Assembly (NCBI GenBank): GCA_035331565.1
Contig: DAOLKO010000004.1
Span: forward strand, 239,802 to 303,801
Length of the DNA: 64,000 nucleotides
Reading direction: 5' to 3'
Origin: Blastocatellia bacterium
Lineage (GTDB): Bacteria > Acidobacteriota > Blastocatellia > RBC074
Both the position numbers and the translations under genes were made by a program. Positions 28,142 through 39,318 of this stretch are shown piece after piece. Position 1 is the stretch's first letter, and each line of letters begins with the position of its first letter. The notes under the pieces are model-generated. The model did not search any database and was not told where the DNA came from. It saw only the letters and a list, made by a program, of their open reading frames with translations.

Positions 28142-30586
28142 CTACTGACAGCGCAACACAACCATCGGATCCACTTTCGTCGCGCGGCGCGCCGGAATCC
28201 AACAAGCCGTCAGTGACGCGGCGACAAGCAACAGCGAAACGCCCGCAAAAGTCACTGGCTCAATCGCCGGCACGCCGTAAAGCAATCCGCTCAACAACCG
28301 CGTCCCGGCAACGGCGGCGATCAGACCGACGGCAAAGCCCAGCAGCGTCAGCCGCAAACCGTAGCCGATAACTACTCGCGCAATCAGCGCCGCATCTGCG
28401 CCGAGCGCCATGCGGATGCCGATTTCGCGCGTGCGCGCCGTGACCGAATGCGACATCACGCCGAAAATGCCTATCACCGCCAGCAACAGCGCCAGCAAAC
28501 CGAACGCCGCCAGCAAACCCGCCGCCACGCGCGCCGGGAACAGTGGCACGTCCATGTGCTCGGTCAACGTCTTCACGTTGTAAATCGGCAACTGCGCGTC
28601 CAGCCGTTGAAACTCTTCGCGCAGGGCGGCAATCAGCGTTTGCGTATCGCCGGAGGTGCGCGCAACCAACGTTAAAAAGCCGCCGTGTTGCGAGCGCAGA
28701 TTGAGATAAGCAAAAGGCTGCGTCGCTTCGTTCAGGCTGAAATACTTGCCGTTTTCAATGACGCCTACGATTTCAATCCACGGCCCCTCCGCGCCGTTCA
28801 GGCTGAAGCGTTTGCCCAAGGCGGATTGTCCCGGCCAGAAACGGCGGGCCAAGCTATCGTTGACCAGCGCCAGCGCGCGGTCATTCATGATTTCCTGCCG
28901 TGTGAAATCGCGGCCTTCCAGCAGCCTTGTCCCCATCGCCGCAATCAAACCTTCAGTGCCGCGCGAAGTGACGGCCATGGGCGCATTGGCCCCCAATTGT
29001 TCGGGTTGCCCCTCGATGGCAAGGGATTCGGTGTTCAGGTTCAGACTGAGCGGCATGGAATTGGTCAGCCCGGCGGCTTGCACGCCCGGCAAAGAAAGTG
29101 CGCGGGTCAGAATTTGCTCTTTGAATTGCCGCGTGCGCCCTTCATCGTATCCTTGCAAAGCCAGATCGAACGACACCTCTACGGCGCGCTGCGTGACCAT
29201 CCCGTGACGGATGCGTTGTGCGTTTTGCAATCCGCGCAAAACCAGTCCGGCGCAAATCAACAGCACCAACGACAGCGCCACCTGCACGACGACCAACCCG
29301 CCGCGCAACCACGAACGACGATACCCGCCGATGGAAGTGTCGTCTTTCAACACCGGGACAAGTTCAGGCTTGGCGGCCTGCAAAGCGGGCAACAATCCAA
29401 ACACCAAGCCGGTCAACATCGAAGCCGCGCCGGTAAACAGCAGCACACGCAAATCCACGCGCAATTCCAGAGTCAACGGAATGTCCGCCGGCGGTTTGAA
29501 CGCCATTACCAAATCCATCAACCAATAGGCCAGCAGCAGCCCCAGCCCCCCACCCATCAGTGAAAGCAGAATGTTTTCGGTCAGCAATTGCCGCACGATA
29601 CTCCAGCGCCCGGCACCAAGCGCCAGACGAATGGCGATTTCCTTGCGCCGTTCCGCCGCGCGTGCCAGCAATAGATTGGCCAGATTGGTGCAGGCCAGCA
29701 GCAACACCATCCCGACCACGGCCATCAACACGCCCGCGAAGCCCAGCACAGGCCCGCGCATAAACGCGCCGAACAACCCCGGCGGCGAAAGCGCGATGGT
29801 CGCGCCTTCGTTTTCTTTCGGGTATTCGTGCGCCAATTGCGCGGCGATGTTTTTTAGCGCGACTTCAGCTTGCTCCCCGGTAACGCCGGGTTTGAGCCGC
29901 CCTTGGACAAAAAAATTCGATGTGTCGCGGTCGTTCAGGTAATCGCGCCCCGGCTCAATATTCTTCAACATCATCGAAGAAAACCACATCTCCGCACGGT
30001 AGCTGACTTCCGTGCCATGAAATCCTTGCGGAGTGACGCCGATGATCGAATAGCTGCTTCCGTTGACCAAAACGCCGCGTCCCACTATGTTCGGATCGCC
30101 GCCGAAACGCCGCTGCCAGCAGTCATAAGAAAGCACCGTCACCGGATGCGCGCCCGCCGTTTTGTCGTCTTCCGGCGTGAGCAAACGTCCCAGCGCCGGT
30201 TTCACGCCGAGCAACGGAAAGTAATTGCCCGTCGCCAGATAACTCCACACCCGCGCGTTGACGCCGTTTTCGCTTAAACCGACCGGCACAAAACGATAAG
30301 CCAGCAAACCTTCCAGCACGTCGTTGCGGTCGCGTATATCCCGATAATTGGGAACTGAAAACGTCGGAAAATTTCGTTTCCCATCCAACGAGACGCTGTT
30401 GAGCGCCACCAATCGTTCAGGCTCTGCCACGGGCAATGGCCGCAGCAGCACCGTGTTCACCAAACTGAAAATCGCCGTATTCGCGCCTATGCCCAGTGCC
30501 AGCGTCAGCAAAGCAATCAGCGTAAAGCCGGGTCGTTTCCTCAACATTCGCGCGCCGTAGCGCAGGTCTTGCAACAGGGTTTGCAT
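28142..30586 (-). CDS. ADOP-family ABC transporter permease
   Basis: [41 protein letters not shown]; 814 aa. There is a 34-nt gap to the downstream paralogue, so the two are likely co-transcribed. Confidence 0.85.
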   Translation of the reverse strand: MQTLLQDLRYGARMLRKRPGFTLIALLTLALGIGANTAIFSLVNTVLLRPLPVAEPERLVALNSVSLDGKRNFPTFSVPNYRDIRDRNDVLEGLLAYRFVPVGLSENGVNARVWSYLATGNYFPLLGVKPALGRLLTPEDDKTAGAHPVTVLSYDCWQRRFGGDPNIVGRGVLVNGSSYSIIGVTPQGFHGTEVSYRAEMWFSSMMLKNIEPGRDYLNDRDTSNFFVQGRLKPGVTGEQAEVALKNIAAQLAHEYPKENEGATIALSPPGLFGAFMRGPVLGFAGVLMAVVGMVLLLACTNLANLLLARAAERRKEIAIRLALGAGRWSIVRQLLTENILLSLMGGGLGLLLAYWLMDLVMAFKPPADIPLTLELRVDLRVLLFTGAASMLTGLVFGLLPALQAAKPELVPVLKDDTSIGGYRRSWLRGGLVVVQVALSLVLLICAGLVLRGLQNAQRIRHGMVTQRAVEVSFDLALQGYDEGRTRQFKEQILTRALSLPGVQAAGLTNSMPLSLNLNTESLAIEGQPEQLGANAPMAVTSRGTEGLIAAMGTRLLEGRDFTRQEIMNDRALALVNDSLARRFWPGQSALGKRFSLNGAEGPWIEIVGVIENGKYFSLNEATQPFAYLNLRSQHGGFLTLVARTSGDTQTLIAALREEFQRLDAQLPIYNVKTLTEHMDVPLFPARVAAGLLAAFGLLALLLAVIGIFGVMSHSVTARTREIGIRMALGADAALIARVVIGYGLRLTLLGFAVGLIAAVAGTRLLSGLLYGVPAIEPVTFAGVSLLLVAASLTACWIPARRATKVDPMVVLRCQ

Positions 30587-30924
30587 ATTCGACTCCCGTG
30601 AATGAAAAGGTTTAAGACAGGCAGTGGGAAGGTCTACTCAGCAAGCATCATTCCCTTCCAAATTCCAGGCCAAGTTGCTGAAAGTATTGTCGTTGGTCTC
30701 GGTCGTCGCCAAACGTCGGACTGTGGGGTGTTCAGTTCTGGGAAGTGGAAATGCCAAAACCGGGCGGGGCGGCAACGATCAAGGACTGTGGATTTCACGG
30801 TTTTGCGTCGTGGCGCGGACTGTTCTGCCGGCTCGCTCCTTTGCGTAGCATCCGCCCGTCGAAAAGGAAGTAAAAGGACGCCCTCGATGGGCGATGAACG
30901 GCAACCTGATTTTTTCAACTTGAG

Positions 30925-32913
30925 GTGATTATGCAAAGCATTTTGCGAAAACTTGGTCCGGCGTTGTTGCTGAGCGTGGCGTTTTCACTGGCCGGCACGG
31001 CGCAAACACAGCCACCGTCTGAAGACAAAACTCTCGCGCCGTATTTCTTCGTGCAAGGCGATCCGGCGGTGGATCATCTGCCGCTCAAAAACACTCGCGT
31101 GCAAATTGATGTTTCCGGCGTCATCGCCGATGTGAAAGTGCTGCAAACCTATCGCAACGAAGGTTCGCGTCCGATCAATGCGCGCTACGTCTTTCCGGCT
31201 TCGACGCGCGCCGCCGTCTACGCAATGCAGATGCGCATCGGCGAACAGGTGATAGTCGCCAAAATCAAAGAGCGCGAACAGGCCAAGCAGGAATTCGAGC
31301 AAGCCAAACGCGACGGCAAAAGCGCCTCGCTGCTGGAACAGCAGCGTCCTAACGTCTTTTCAATGAACCTCGCCAACGCCATGCCCGGCGAACAGATCGA
31401 AATCGAATTGCACTACACAGAATTGCTTGTTCCCACCGACGGCGTTTACGAAGTCGTCTTTCCCACCGTCGTCGGGCCGCGCTATTCCTCGCAACCGGAA
31501 GCTGCCGCGCCGTCGTCAGATCAATGGATCAAAAGCCCTTACCTGCGCGAAGGCAGGCCGTCCAGCAGCGCGTTTCATCTTTCCGCGCGGCTTTCCACGG
31601 GCGTGCCGCTGCGGGATTTGAGCTGCCCTTCGCACAACATCGCGCCGCAATGGCTGGGGCCGGCTTCGGCGCAATTTAGTTTGGAGCAAACCGGCCAATC
31701 GCAAGCCAATAAGGATTTCATCCTGCGCTACCGGTTGACGGGCGAACAACTCGCCGCCGGTTTGTTGCTCTACCAAGGCGCGGATGAAAACTTTTTCCTT
31801 TACATGGCGCAGCCGCCGGAGCGCGTGGCGACGGCGGCCATTCCCGCGCGCGAATACATTTTCGTGGTGGATGTTTCGGGTTCGATGAACGGCTTTCCGC
31901 TCGACACGGCCAAAGCATTGCTGAAAGACTTGATCGGTCAGTTGCGCCCGACGGATTTGTTCAATGTGGTGCTGTTTGCCGGAGACGCCGCCGCACTCGC
32001 GCCGCACTCGCTGCGCGCCGAACCGGAAAACCTAGCCAAAGCCATTCGCCTGATCGAACAGCAACGCGGCAACGGCGGAACCGAATTACTTGCCGCCATT
32101 CAACAGGCTATGGCGCTGCCTCGACAGTCCGGCATTTCGCGCAGCGTGGTGCTGGTGACGGACGGTTTCGTTTCCGGCGAACAGGGCGCGTTCGATTACA
32201 TCCGCGACCATCTGAATCAATGCAACGTGTTTTCGTTCGGCATAGGCTCTTCGGTCAATCGTTACCTGATCGAAGGCGTGGCCAAAGCCGGAATGGGCGA
32301 ACCGTTCATCGTCACCAAAGCGGAAGAAGCGCCCGCTGTCGCCGCCAAATTCCGCGAATACATTCAAACGCCGCTGCTGACGGACTTGCGCGTCACGGCC
32401 ACAGGCTTCGACATTTACGATGTAGCGCCGACGCACCTGCCGGATTTGTTCGCGCGGCGTCCGATCGTTCTGTTCGGCAAATGGCGGGGGCCGTTGACAG
32501 GCGCGTTTGAATTGCGCGGCAAGACGGGTGATGGCGATTACCTGGCGCGTATGGATGTCGCCGGCGTCAAACCGGAAGAAAGCAACCGCGCGCTGCGTTA
32601 CCTGTGGGCGCGTTCGCGCATCGCTGAGCTTTCCGATTACGGCGCGAGCGATCTGCCCAAAGAGCAAATCAACGAAATCACCGCGCTCGGATTGAAGTAC
32701 AACTTGCTGACTCGCTACACCTCTTTCATTGCCGTGCGCGAAGTCGTGACCAACAAACAGGGCGCGGCTGACGACGTGGAACAACCGCTGCCATTGCCCG
32801 AAGGCGTCAGCGAAATGGCCGTCGGCAGCGAACCTGAACTCGTCTGGCTGTTGGTTGTGATGGCGGCGTTCGCAATGTTGATGGTGTTTCGCGGACGGAG
32901 GACGTTGGCATGA
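30925..32913 (+). CDS. secreted VIT + von Willebrand factor A domain protein with C-terminal exosortase-type sorting signal
   Basis: Signal peptide. The vWA core is at VVDVSGSM (MIDAS motif). C-terminus: ...SEPELVWLLVVMAAFAMLMVFRGRRTLA, i.e. an acidic-Pro motif, a TM helix and an Arg-rich tail (PEP-CTERM-like). Confidence 0.65.
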   Translation: MIMQSILRKLGPALLLSVAFSLAGTAQTQPPSEDKTLAPYFFVQGDPAVDHLPLKNTRVQIDVSGVIADVKVLQTYRNEGSRPINARYVFPASTRAAVYAMQMRIGEQVIVAKIKEREQAKQEFEQAKRDGKSASLLEQQRPNVFSMNLANAMPGEQIEIELHYTELLVPTDGVYEVVFPTVVGPRYSSQPEAAAPSSDQWIKSPYLREGRPSSSAFHLSARLSTGVPLRDLSCPSHNIAPQWLGPASAQFSLEQTGQSQANKDFILRYRLTGEQLAAGLLLYQGADENFFLYMAQPPERVATAAIPAREYIFVVDVSGSMNGFPLDTAKALLKDLIGQLRPTDLFNVVLFAGDAAALAPHSLRAEPENLAKAIRLIEQQRGNGGTELLAAIQQAMALPRQSGISRSVVLVTDGFVSGEQGAFDYIRDHLNQCNVFSFGIGSSVNRYLIEGVAKAGMGEPFIVTKAEEAPAVAAKFREYIQTPLLTDLRVTATGFDIYDVAPTHLPDLFARRPIVLFGKWRGPLTGAFELRGKTGDGDYLARMDVAGVKPEESNRALRYLWARSRIAELSDYGASDLPKEQINEITALGLKYNLLTRYTSFIAVREVVTNKQGAADDVEQPLPLPEGVSEMAVGSEPELVWLLVVMAAFAMLMVFRGRRTLA

Positions 32914-33650
32914 AATGGCCGTTGACTCGCCGACAATGCTTGCAGGCCGTGGTCGTTTTGAGTTGCGCCTTCGCGCTTAAACTTCATTACGCCACGGCCA
33001 CGGCCAATCAGTTGCGCTGGATTCTGACGCCGACCACGGCGCTGGTCGAAGCGATGACCGGCCTTGCCTTCGAGTTTGAATCGCAGGCCGGTTACTTGAG
33101 CCGCGAGCGCGGATTTCTGATTGCGGTTTCCTGCGCGGGTGTCAATTTTCTGCTCACGGCCTTTTTGTTGCTGACGCTGAGCAGACTGTGGCGCGGGCGG
33201 CTGACCTGGCGCTTTCTGCCGGCGGCGGCGGCAATTGCCTACTCGGTTACGCTGGCGGCAAACTCTGTCCGCATCTGCCTGGCGCTATGGCTGCTGCGGC
33301 TACCCGCCAAAAGCTACGGTTGGCAGCCGGCGCAGCTTCACCGTTATGAAGGCATTCTCGTTTACTTCGGATTTCTGCTGCTGTTGTTCGTGGTCAGCGA
33401 ACTGCCGCGCGCGGAGAAGATGACAGGATGGCGACAACGGGTGTATGTTCCATTGCTGATTTATTACGCGACGACGTTAGGCATTCCGCTGGTCACTCGT
33501 GCCTGGCGGCAGGAAACGGCATTTACGGAACACGCGGTTGCGGTGCTGTTGCTGCCCCTGCTGCTATTGCTGCCGGCGTTGCCGCTCGCGGCGTTGCGCC
33601 GTCAAACGTTTTCCCGGTTTTCCCTTCCTGATTGGGGTAAACGATTATGA
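32910..33650 (+). CDS. exosortase family protein (small XrtN-like polytopic membrane transpeptidase)
   Basis: 246 aa, multi-TM. Candidate active-site Cys in IAVSCAGVNFLL and an N-x-x-R motif (LAANSVRICLALWLL), matching exosortase/archaeosortase conserved Cys/Asn/Arg. ATGA overlap with the VIT-vWA gene. Confidence 0.55.
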   Translation: MKWPLTRRQCLQAVVVLSCAFALKLHYATATANQLRWILTPTTALVEAMTGLAFEFESQAGYLSRERGFLIAVSCAGVNFLLTAFLLLTLSRLWRGRLTWRFLPAAAAIAYSVTLAANSVRICLALWLLRLPAKSYGWQPAQLHRYEGILVYFGFLLLLFVVSELPRAEKMTGWRQRVYVPLLIYYATTLGIPLVTRAWRQETAFTEHAVAVLLLPLLLLLPALPLAALRRQTFSRFSLPDWGKRL

Positions 33651-34345
33651 CCACATTGGTCGTCATTTTTTTCCTGTTGCTTGTGGCGACGACGCTCGCC
33701 GCAAGATTTTCAACCCGCCGCACGAATCTTCCAGAAATATCCCGCTCAGTGCCCGCTTCTCAATTCGACGGATTGTTCGCTGACAAACGCGCTGAAGAAA
33801 TGAAATTGCTGGCGGAAGAAGACGCCGGAGCGGTTCAATCAACAGCGCGACAGCAATTGCTGGAACGTGCGGCGGCGGGCGACCTGGAATCGCTCAACGA
33901 AGCGCAGGCGCTCAACCAACCGCAGTTTTACCAGCAGGCATTGCGGGCAATTCTCACACAAGCAGATGGCAACCCCAGACTTTTCCAATCAACAGTTGAA
34001 CACATCGTCAGCAGCCGGAAGCTGCGTTCCAGCCGCGAATTCGCCGAAGCGACCATCGCGCTGTGGGCGGAGTCTCCAGATCGGTTTTCGCTGGGAAGCG
34101 TTCTTTGCCTGGCGGCGCTGGCCGACGATGAAAATGTTTTCGTTCGCGCGCTCGACACTGCGCTCAGGCTGTGGCGCGAAGAGCGAATCGAGAAGATTTC
34201 CGCAGCGCACTTTCTCGCAACGGTTGAAAGCGCCTACTGGCTGGTGGCCGGTGACGTGAGAAGTTCCGGGGCAGGCTTTCTGCTGAAACAGGCCATTGCC
34301 GATGTTCGCCGTGCGCTAGCGGCGGCAGACCGGCGACCGGCTTGA
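33647..34345 (+). CDS. membrane-anchored hypothetical protein (EpsI-like partner of exosortase?)
   Basis: N-terminal TM helix (LVVIFFLLLVATTLAA). ATGA overlap with the exosortase gene. Size and position resemble EpsI-family partners; no motif was recognised. Confidence 0.35.
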   Translation: MTTLVVIFFLLLVATTLAARFSTRRTNLPEISRSVPASQFDGLFADKRAEEMKLLAEEDAGAVQSTARQQLLERAAAGDLESLNEAQALNQPQFYQQALRAILTQADGNPRLFQSTVEHIVSSRKLRSSREFAEATIALWAESPDRFSLGSVLCLAALADDENVFVRALDTALRLWREERIEKISAAHFLATVESAYWLVAGDVRSSGAGFLLKQAIADVRRALAAADRRPA

Positions 34346-34385
34346 GTTACACAAACCTCCTATTCGCTAGCAGCAAAGGAAACCT

Positions 34386-36590
34386 ATGGATTCCGTACTT
34401 GGATTTTCACCTTTCCCGCTCGTTGCGGGAGTCATTGGGCTGCTGATAGTGCTCTATGTGTTGAGCAAAATTTTCGTCAACGTCGGCCCGAAAGAAATCG
34501 CCATCAAGGAGCGCCGCTACTTTGGCCGCAAGATGCCGCCCGGTCGCGTTGTCGCTACCGAAGGCGAAGTCGGCATTCAGGCCGATGTACTCAAACCCGG
34601 CCTGCACTTGATCCGCTATCCGTTCGAGCAGGTAGTCAGCAAAGTTCCGCTAATTGAAATTGGCTCGGACGAAATGGGCGTGATCGAAGCGATTGATGGT
34701 GAACCGCTGCCGCCGGGGCGCATTTTCGCACCCGACCGCGCACAGAACGCGCACAACAACTTTCAAGACCCGATTGCCTTCATCAAGGAAGGCGGCGTCA
34801 AAGGCATTCAAATGCGCAGCCTGCCGCCGGGTTTGTGGCCGATTCATCCTTATCTGTTTCGCGTTTCGATTACCAAGGCAACGACGATTCCGCAAGGCAA
34901 GGTCGGCATCGTCAACGCTGCCGACGGCGCGTCGCTGGATCAAGGCCGTTTGATAGGCCGCAGCGTCGAAGGCCACAGCAACTTTCAAAACGCCGAACAA
35001 TTCATCGCCGCCAACGGACAGAAAGGCCCGCAGGTGGACATTTTGACACCCGGAACCTATCGCATTCTGTGCAATTCGATTTCGCTGGAAGACAACACGG
35101 TCAAGCCCGGCTTGTTTTCAATTCAACTGGCGGATGCCGCCGTCATCAATGAAAACCAGGTCGGTTTGGTCGAAGCTCTGGACGGTTCGCCGCTCAATCC
35201 GCGCGATTACGTCGCTCTGCCGGTCGAAGGCCATGGCAATTTTCAGAACGGCAATGAGTTCATCAAACGTGGCGGCCAGCGCGGGCCGCAAAAAGACCTG
35301 TTGTTGCCCGGCACTTATTACATCAACCCCATGCTCTTCAAGGTGATTCACGACACCGCCAAGGAGGTCAAACCGGGCGAGGTCGCGGTCATTGTCTCGA
35401 ACACCGGCAAAGATCCCGGCGAGGAAATTCGCCGCGCCATGGCTGAAAAAATCCGCGCCAAACTTGAACGCGAGGAAAAAGAGCAATTAGCAGCAGCTGC
35501 CGCTCATCTCGATCAGCTTGACGGAAAAAACGGCGACGACCTGCTGGAAATTCAGCAGGAGTTGAAACTGAGCGATCCGGCGGACAATCGTCTGGATCAA
35601 GGCGCGCACGAAGCTTACGTCGTGCCCGACGGCTTCAGAGGCATACAGGAAACAGTGGTTGGCCCCGGACGGTATTACGTCAACACGCTGGCCGTCACGC
35701 CGGTCGTTATTCCGACCACCAACCAAACCGTCGAATGGACTGCCGAACAAATCAAAGGTTCCTTCGATCCTTTTGAAGTGATTTCCAAAGACGGGTTCAC
35801 GATGCAGTTGGAAGTTCGGGTCGTGTTTCGCGTCAAACCGGAAGACGCGCCGTTTATGGTTGCCAAGATCGGTTCGATTGATCGGCTGATTCAAAACGTC
35901 ATGCATCCGCTGATTGATTCCATCTTCCGCAATCAAGCCAGCGAATCGTCGGCAATGGCTTATTTGCAGAACCGCCACGAAGAGCAGGAACGCGCCGAAG
36001 CCCGTGTCCGCGCACATCTGCTGAAATACCACGTGGACGTGGTCAACGTGCTGATCTGCCACATCCGTTTGCCGGAAGAATTGATGAAAACGCAGACCGA
36101 AAAAGTCCTGGCCGAACAACGCCAGACCATGTTCAACGCGCAACGCGAAGCAGAGGTCAATCGCATCGAACTCGAAAAAACCAAAGCTCACGCCGACAAC
36201 CAGAAATCGCTGATGGAAGCGACGGTCGGCGTTGAAATCTCCAGCCGTCGCGCCGAACAGCGCCGGTCTGAAGGCGAAGGCGAAGCGCACTACATACTGC
36301 AAACCGGCAAGGCCGAAGCCGAAAAGGTTCGCCTGATGGGCGAGGCGCAAGGCGTGGCTTACAAGGAACAGGTCAACGCGCTCGGCCCGCAAGGCGTTGC
36401 GCTGGTCGAAACGCTGAAAGTCATTGGCGAAAAAGGCGTCCGCATCACGCCAGACGTGCTGGCTTCCGGCGGGGGCGGCGAAGGCGGCGGAAATCTGGGG
36501 ACGCTGCTGCTGTTGAATCTGTTCCGCGACCAAATGAAACTAAACGGAACCAAACCCGAACCGGCTAACGGCACGGCTAAACAATGGTAA
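34386..36590 (+). CDS. flotillin-like SPFH/band-7 domain protein
   Basis: N-terminal TM helix and an SPFH-like region with internal duplicated modules (GHSNFQNAEQFIAANGQKGPQVDILTPGTY / GHGNFQNGNEFIKRGGQRGPQKDLLLPGTY). C-terminal flotillin-type EA-rich coiled coil (...KAEAEKVRLMGEAQGVAYKEQVNALGP...). Confidence 0.6.
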   Translation: MDSVLGFSPFPLVAGVIGLLIVLYVLSKIFVNVGPKEIAIKERRYFGRKMPPGRVVATEGEVGIQADVLKPGLHLIRYPFEQVVSKVPLIEIGSDEMGVIEAIDGEPLPPGRIFAPDRAQNAHNNFQDPIAFIKEGGVKGIQMRSLPPGLWPIHPYLFRVSITKATTIPQGKVGIVNAADGASLDQGRLIGRSVEGHSNFQNAEQFIAANGQKGPQVDILTPGTYRILCNSISLEDNTVKPGLFSIQLADAAVINENQVGLVEALDGSPLNPRDYVALPVEGHGNFQNGNEFIKRGGQRGPQKDLLLPGTYYINPMLFKVIHDTAKEVKPGEVAVIVSNTGKDPGEEIRRAMAEKIRAKLEREEKEQLAAAAAHLDQLDGKNGDDLLEIQQELKLSDPADNRLDQGAHEAYVVPDGFRGIQETVVGPGRYYVNTLAVTPVVIPTTNQTVEWTAEQIKGSFDPFEVISKDGFTMQLEVRVVFRVKPEDAPFMVAKIGSIDRLIQNVMHPLIDSIFRNQASESSAMAYLQNRHEEQERAEARVRAHLLKYHVDVVNVLICHIRLPEELMKTQTEKVLAEQRQTMFNAQREAEVNRIELEKTKAHADNQKSLMEATVGVEISSRRAEQRRSEGEGEAHYILQTGKAEAEKVRLMGEAQGVAYKEQVNALGPQGVALVETLKVIGEKGVRITPDVLASGGGGEGGGNLGTLLLLNLFRDQMKLNGTKPEPANGTAKQW

Positions 36591-36603
36591 CCGGCACAAA
36601 CAT

Positions 36604-36636
36604 CATCAGCCGCCGCATCACACGCGGCGGCTGATG
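36604..36636 (+). terminator. Rho-independent terminator after flotillin gene
   Basis: Perfect 13-bp stem CATCAGCCGCCGC / GCGGCGGCTGATG with a 7-nt loop, followed by AGCTTTATCTC. Confidence 0.6.
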
Positions 36637-36897
36637 AGCTTTATCTCAATGCCGGCGGGCGAAAACCTTATCCTTCCTCGTTTGCCTGATACTTTCCCAA
36701 ACTAAAATTTCCTGCCTTGCCACTTTCCTGCTGCCACGAATGGGACAGGCGCATCCCAAAAGTGGACAGGTTGTCACCAGCCATTCGCGATACCGCCTAA
36801 TTTTTACAGCCATTTAGCAATATTTTTTCTGGCACGCATCTGGCTACCGGGAACTCTCTTTTTTTGAATAGCGGAAACCACACAACCGGATAAAGAG

Positions 36898-39318
36898 GTG
36901 AAAATGAATTCGCTTTGGCAAGACTTGCGCTATGGCGCGCGAATGTTACTGAAACGACCCGGCTTCACGTTGATCGCCGTGTTGACGTTGGCATTGGGCA
37001 TCGGCGCGAACACTGCAATTTTCAGTGTCGTGAATGCCGTGTTGTTGCGCCCGCTGCCTTACCCGGAATCGGAGCGTCTGGTGATGGCGTATCTGTCCAA
37101 TCCGCAAGGGCAAAAGCGCGCCAATTTGGGAATGGCGGACTTTTTGGCCGTCCGCGAACGCAATCAGAGTTTCGAGAAAGTGGCGATGTTTACTTTCGGG
37201 CAATTCGCGTTCACGGGCGGCGAACAGCCGGAGCAAATTTCAGGTGCCTGGGTGAGCGCGGATTTTTTCGCCACGTTGGGCGTCGCGCCGGCACAGGGGC
37301 GCGCTTATCAGGCCGAAGACGAGCGACCGGAAAATGCGCGTATGGTCGTCATCAGCGACGGATTTTGGCGGCAGCGGCTGGCGGCGGATTCGCAGGTGAT
37401 CGGCAAAACGATCACGTTGAACAGCACGCCGCACACGGTCATCGGCGTGATGCCGAAGAACTTTCATTTCCCGCTGACGCCCGAAGCTGAATTGTGGCCG
37501 GTGCGGGCGATTCGTCCGGCGACGAACCGCCCGCCTTATTTCAATCGTTGTGTTGGACGGTTGAAACCGGGCGTGAGCGAAGAGCAGGCGCGGGCGGATT
37601 TGAGCGCCATCGCCGCGCAGGTGCATCAGCAGTTTCCCGAATCGCCTTTTGGTGCGATGACCACACGGCCATTGATCGCTTCGGTGGTGGGCGATGTGCG
37701 CCAGGCATTGCTGTTGATTTTGGGCGCGGTGGCGTTTGTGTTGTTGATCGCGTCGGCCAACGTTGCCAATTTGCAACTGGCGCGCGCGGCTTCGCGCGAA
37801 CGCGAGATGTCTGTGCGGTTGGCGTTGGGTGCGAATCGTTGGCGGATCGTGCGGCAATTGCTGACGGAAAGCCTGTTGCTGGCCGCGATAGGCGGTCTGG
37901 CGGGTTGGGGCCTGGCGTTCTGGGGAGTTGATCTTTTCCGCGCGCTCGGCCCTGTGGATTTGCCGCGCTTGCAGGAAGTCAGTCTGGATGGGCGCGCGCT
38001 TGGGTTCACCATGCTGGCGGCGCTCGTTAGCGGATTGCTGTTCGGACTTGCGCCGGCCTTGCAATCCTCGCGAATGGATTTGAACGAATCGCTCAAGGAA
38101 GGCGGTCGCGCGGGCAGCGAAGGTCGCGGACGCCGGCGTGTGCGCGGCTTGCTGGTGGTTGCTGAAATGGCGCTGACGCTGGTGCTGCTGGTCGGCGCGG
38201 GATTGTTGCTGCGCAGCTTCCTGCACTTGCAGGAAGTCAACCCGGGTTTCAATCCGAAGGGATTGCTGACCGCGCAGGTTTCGCTGCCGCAGGCGCGTTA
38301 CGGCGAAGAGCAAAAGATCATAGCCTTTCATCGCGAATTGATGACGCGCGCGAAAAGCCTGCCGGGCGTGCAGTCCGTCGGCATCAGCATGAGTTTGCCG
38401 CCGAACCTGCTGGAAATCAGCAATCCTTTCGCCGTCGAAGGCCGCCCGCCCGCGCCCGGACAAGCGCGTCCGCTGGCAGAGGAAATGACCATCAGCCCGG
38501 ACTATTTCACCGCGCTCGGCGTGCCGCTGCTGCGCGGACGCTTTTTCAACGACGCCGACAAAGAAAACATTTTGATTATCAACGAAGCCATGGCGCGCCG
38601 TTACTTTCCGAACGAAGACCCTGTCGGCAAGCGATTACAAACAGGCGACCCCAGTCCGAACAGTCCCTGGGAAACGATTGTCGGCGTGGTCGGCAACGTG
38701 AAATACACAGGGCTGGACGCTGACGACTCGCCGACAATGTACGTGCCTTACACGACGCCCGGCTGGGCTTCGTGGTCGCGTTCAATGTATCTGGTCGTGC
38801 GCACGACGGGCGCTCCATCGAGCTTGGCGTCCGCGTTGCGCCGCGAAGTCAACGCACTGGACGGCGACCTGCCGTTGACCAATGTCCGCGCGATGGAGCA
38901 GGTGATTCACGAATCGGTCGCCGAGCCGCGTTTTCGCACTTCGCTGCTGGGCTTGTTCGCGGCGGTGGCTTTGCTGTTGGCGGGCATAGGCATTTACGGT
39001 GTGATCTCGTATGCAGTCACCGAACGCAGGCACGAAATCGGCATTCGGATGGCGCTGGGCGCGCAACGTGGCGATGTGATGCGGCTGGTGGTCAAACAAG
39101 GAATGCTGCTCGCCGGCGTCGGCATCGCCATCGGTTTGGCTGCTTCGTTGGCGTTGACGCGGCTGATGAAGACTTTGCTTTTCGGCGTCAGTGCGACTGA
39201 TCCGCTGACCTTCGGCGGCATCGCGCTGTTGTTGGCGCTTGTGGCGTTGGCGGCTTGCTGGATTCCGGCGCGACGCGCGACGAAAGTTGATCCGATGATT
39301 GCGTTGCGATGCGACTGA
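36898..39318 (+). CDS. ADOP-family ABC transporter permease
   Basis: [43 protein letters not shown]; 806 aa; GAGGTG RBS. Confidence 0.85.
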   Translation: MKMNSLWQDLRYGARMLLKRPGFTLIAVLTLALGIGANTAIFSVVNAVLLRPLPYPESERLVMAYLSNPQGQKRANLGMADFLAVRERNQSFEKVAMFTFGQFAFTGGEQPEQISGAWVSADFFATLGVAPAQGRAYQAEDERPENARMVVISDGFWRQRLAADSQVIGKTITLNSTPHTVIGVMPKNFHFPLTPEAELWPVRAIRPATNRPPYFNRCVGRLKPGVSEEQARADLSAIAAQVHQQFPESPFGAMTTRPLIASVVGDVRQALLLILGAVAFVLLIASANVANLQLARAASREREMSVRLALGANRWRIVRQLLTESLLLAAIGGLAGWGLAFWGVDLFRALGPVDLPRLQEVSLDGRALGFTMLAALVSGLLFGLAPALQSSRMDLNESLKEGGRAGSEGRGRRRVRGLLVVAEMALTLVLLVGAGLLLRSFLHLQEVNPGFNPKGLLTAQVSLPQARYGEEQKIIAFHRELMTRAKSLPGVQSVGISMSLPPNLLEISNPFAVEGRPPAPGQARPLAEEMTISPDYFTALGVPLLRGRFFNDADKENILIINEAMARRYFPNEDPVGKRLQTGDPSPNSPWETIVGVVGNVKYTGLDADDSPTMYVPYTTPGWASWSRSMYLVVRTTGAPSSLASALRREVNALDGDLPLTNVRAMEQVIHESVAEPRFRTSLLGLFAAVALLLAGIGIYGVISYAVTERRHEIGIRMALGAQRGDVMRLVVKQGMLLAGVGIAIGLAASLALTRLMKTLLFGVSATDPLTFGGIALLLALVALAACWIPARRATKVDPMIALRCD

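Noticed and set aside
35487-36533. 348-aa minus-strand ORF opposite the flotillin gene
   Set aside because: Antisense shadow ORF; the flotillin call is supported by SPFH and coiled-coil features.
37240-38463. 407-aa minus-strand ORF opposite ADOP permease 4
   Set aside because: Antisense shadow ORF in a high-GC region.
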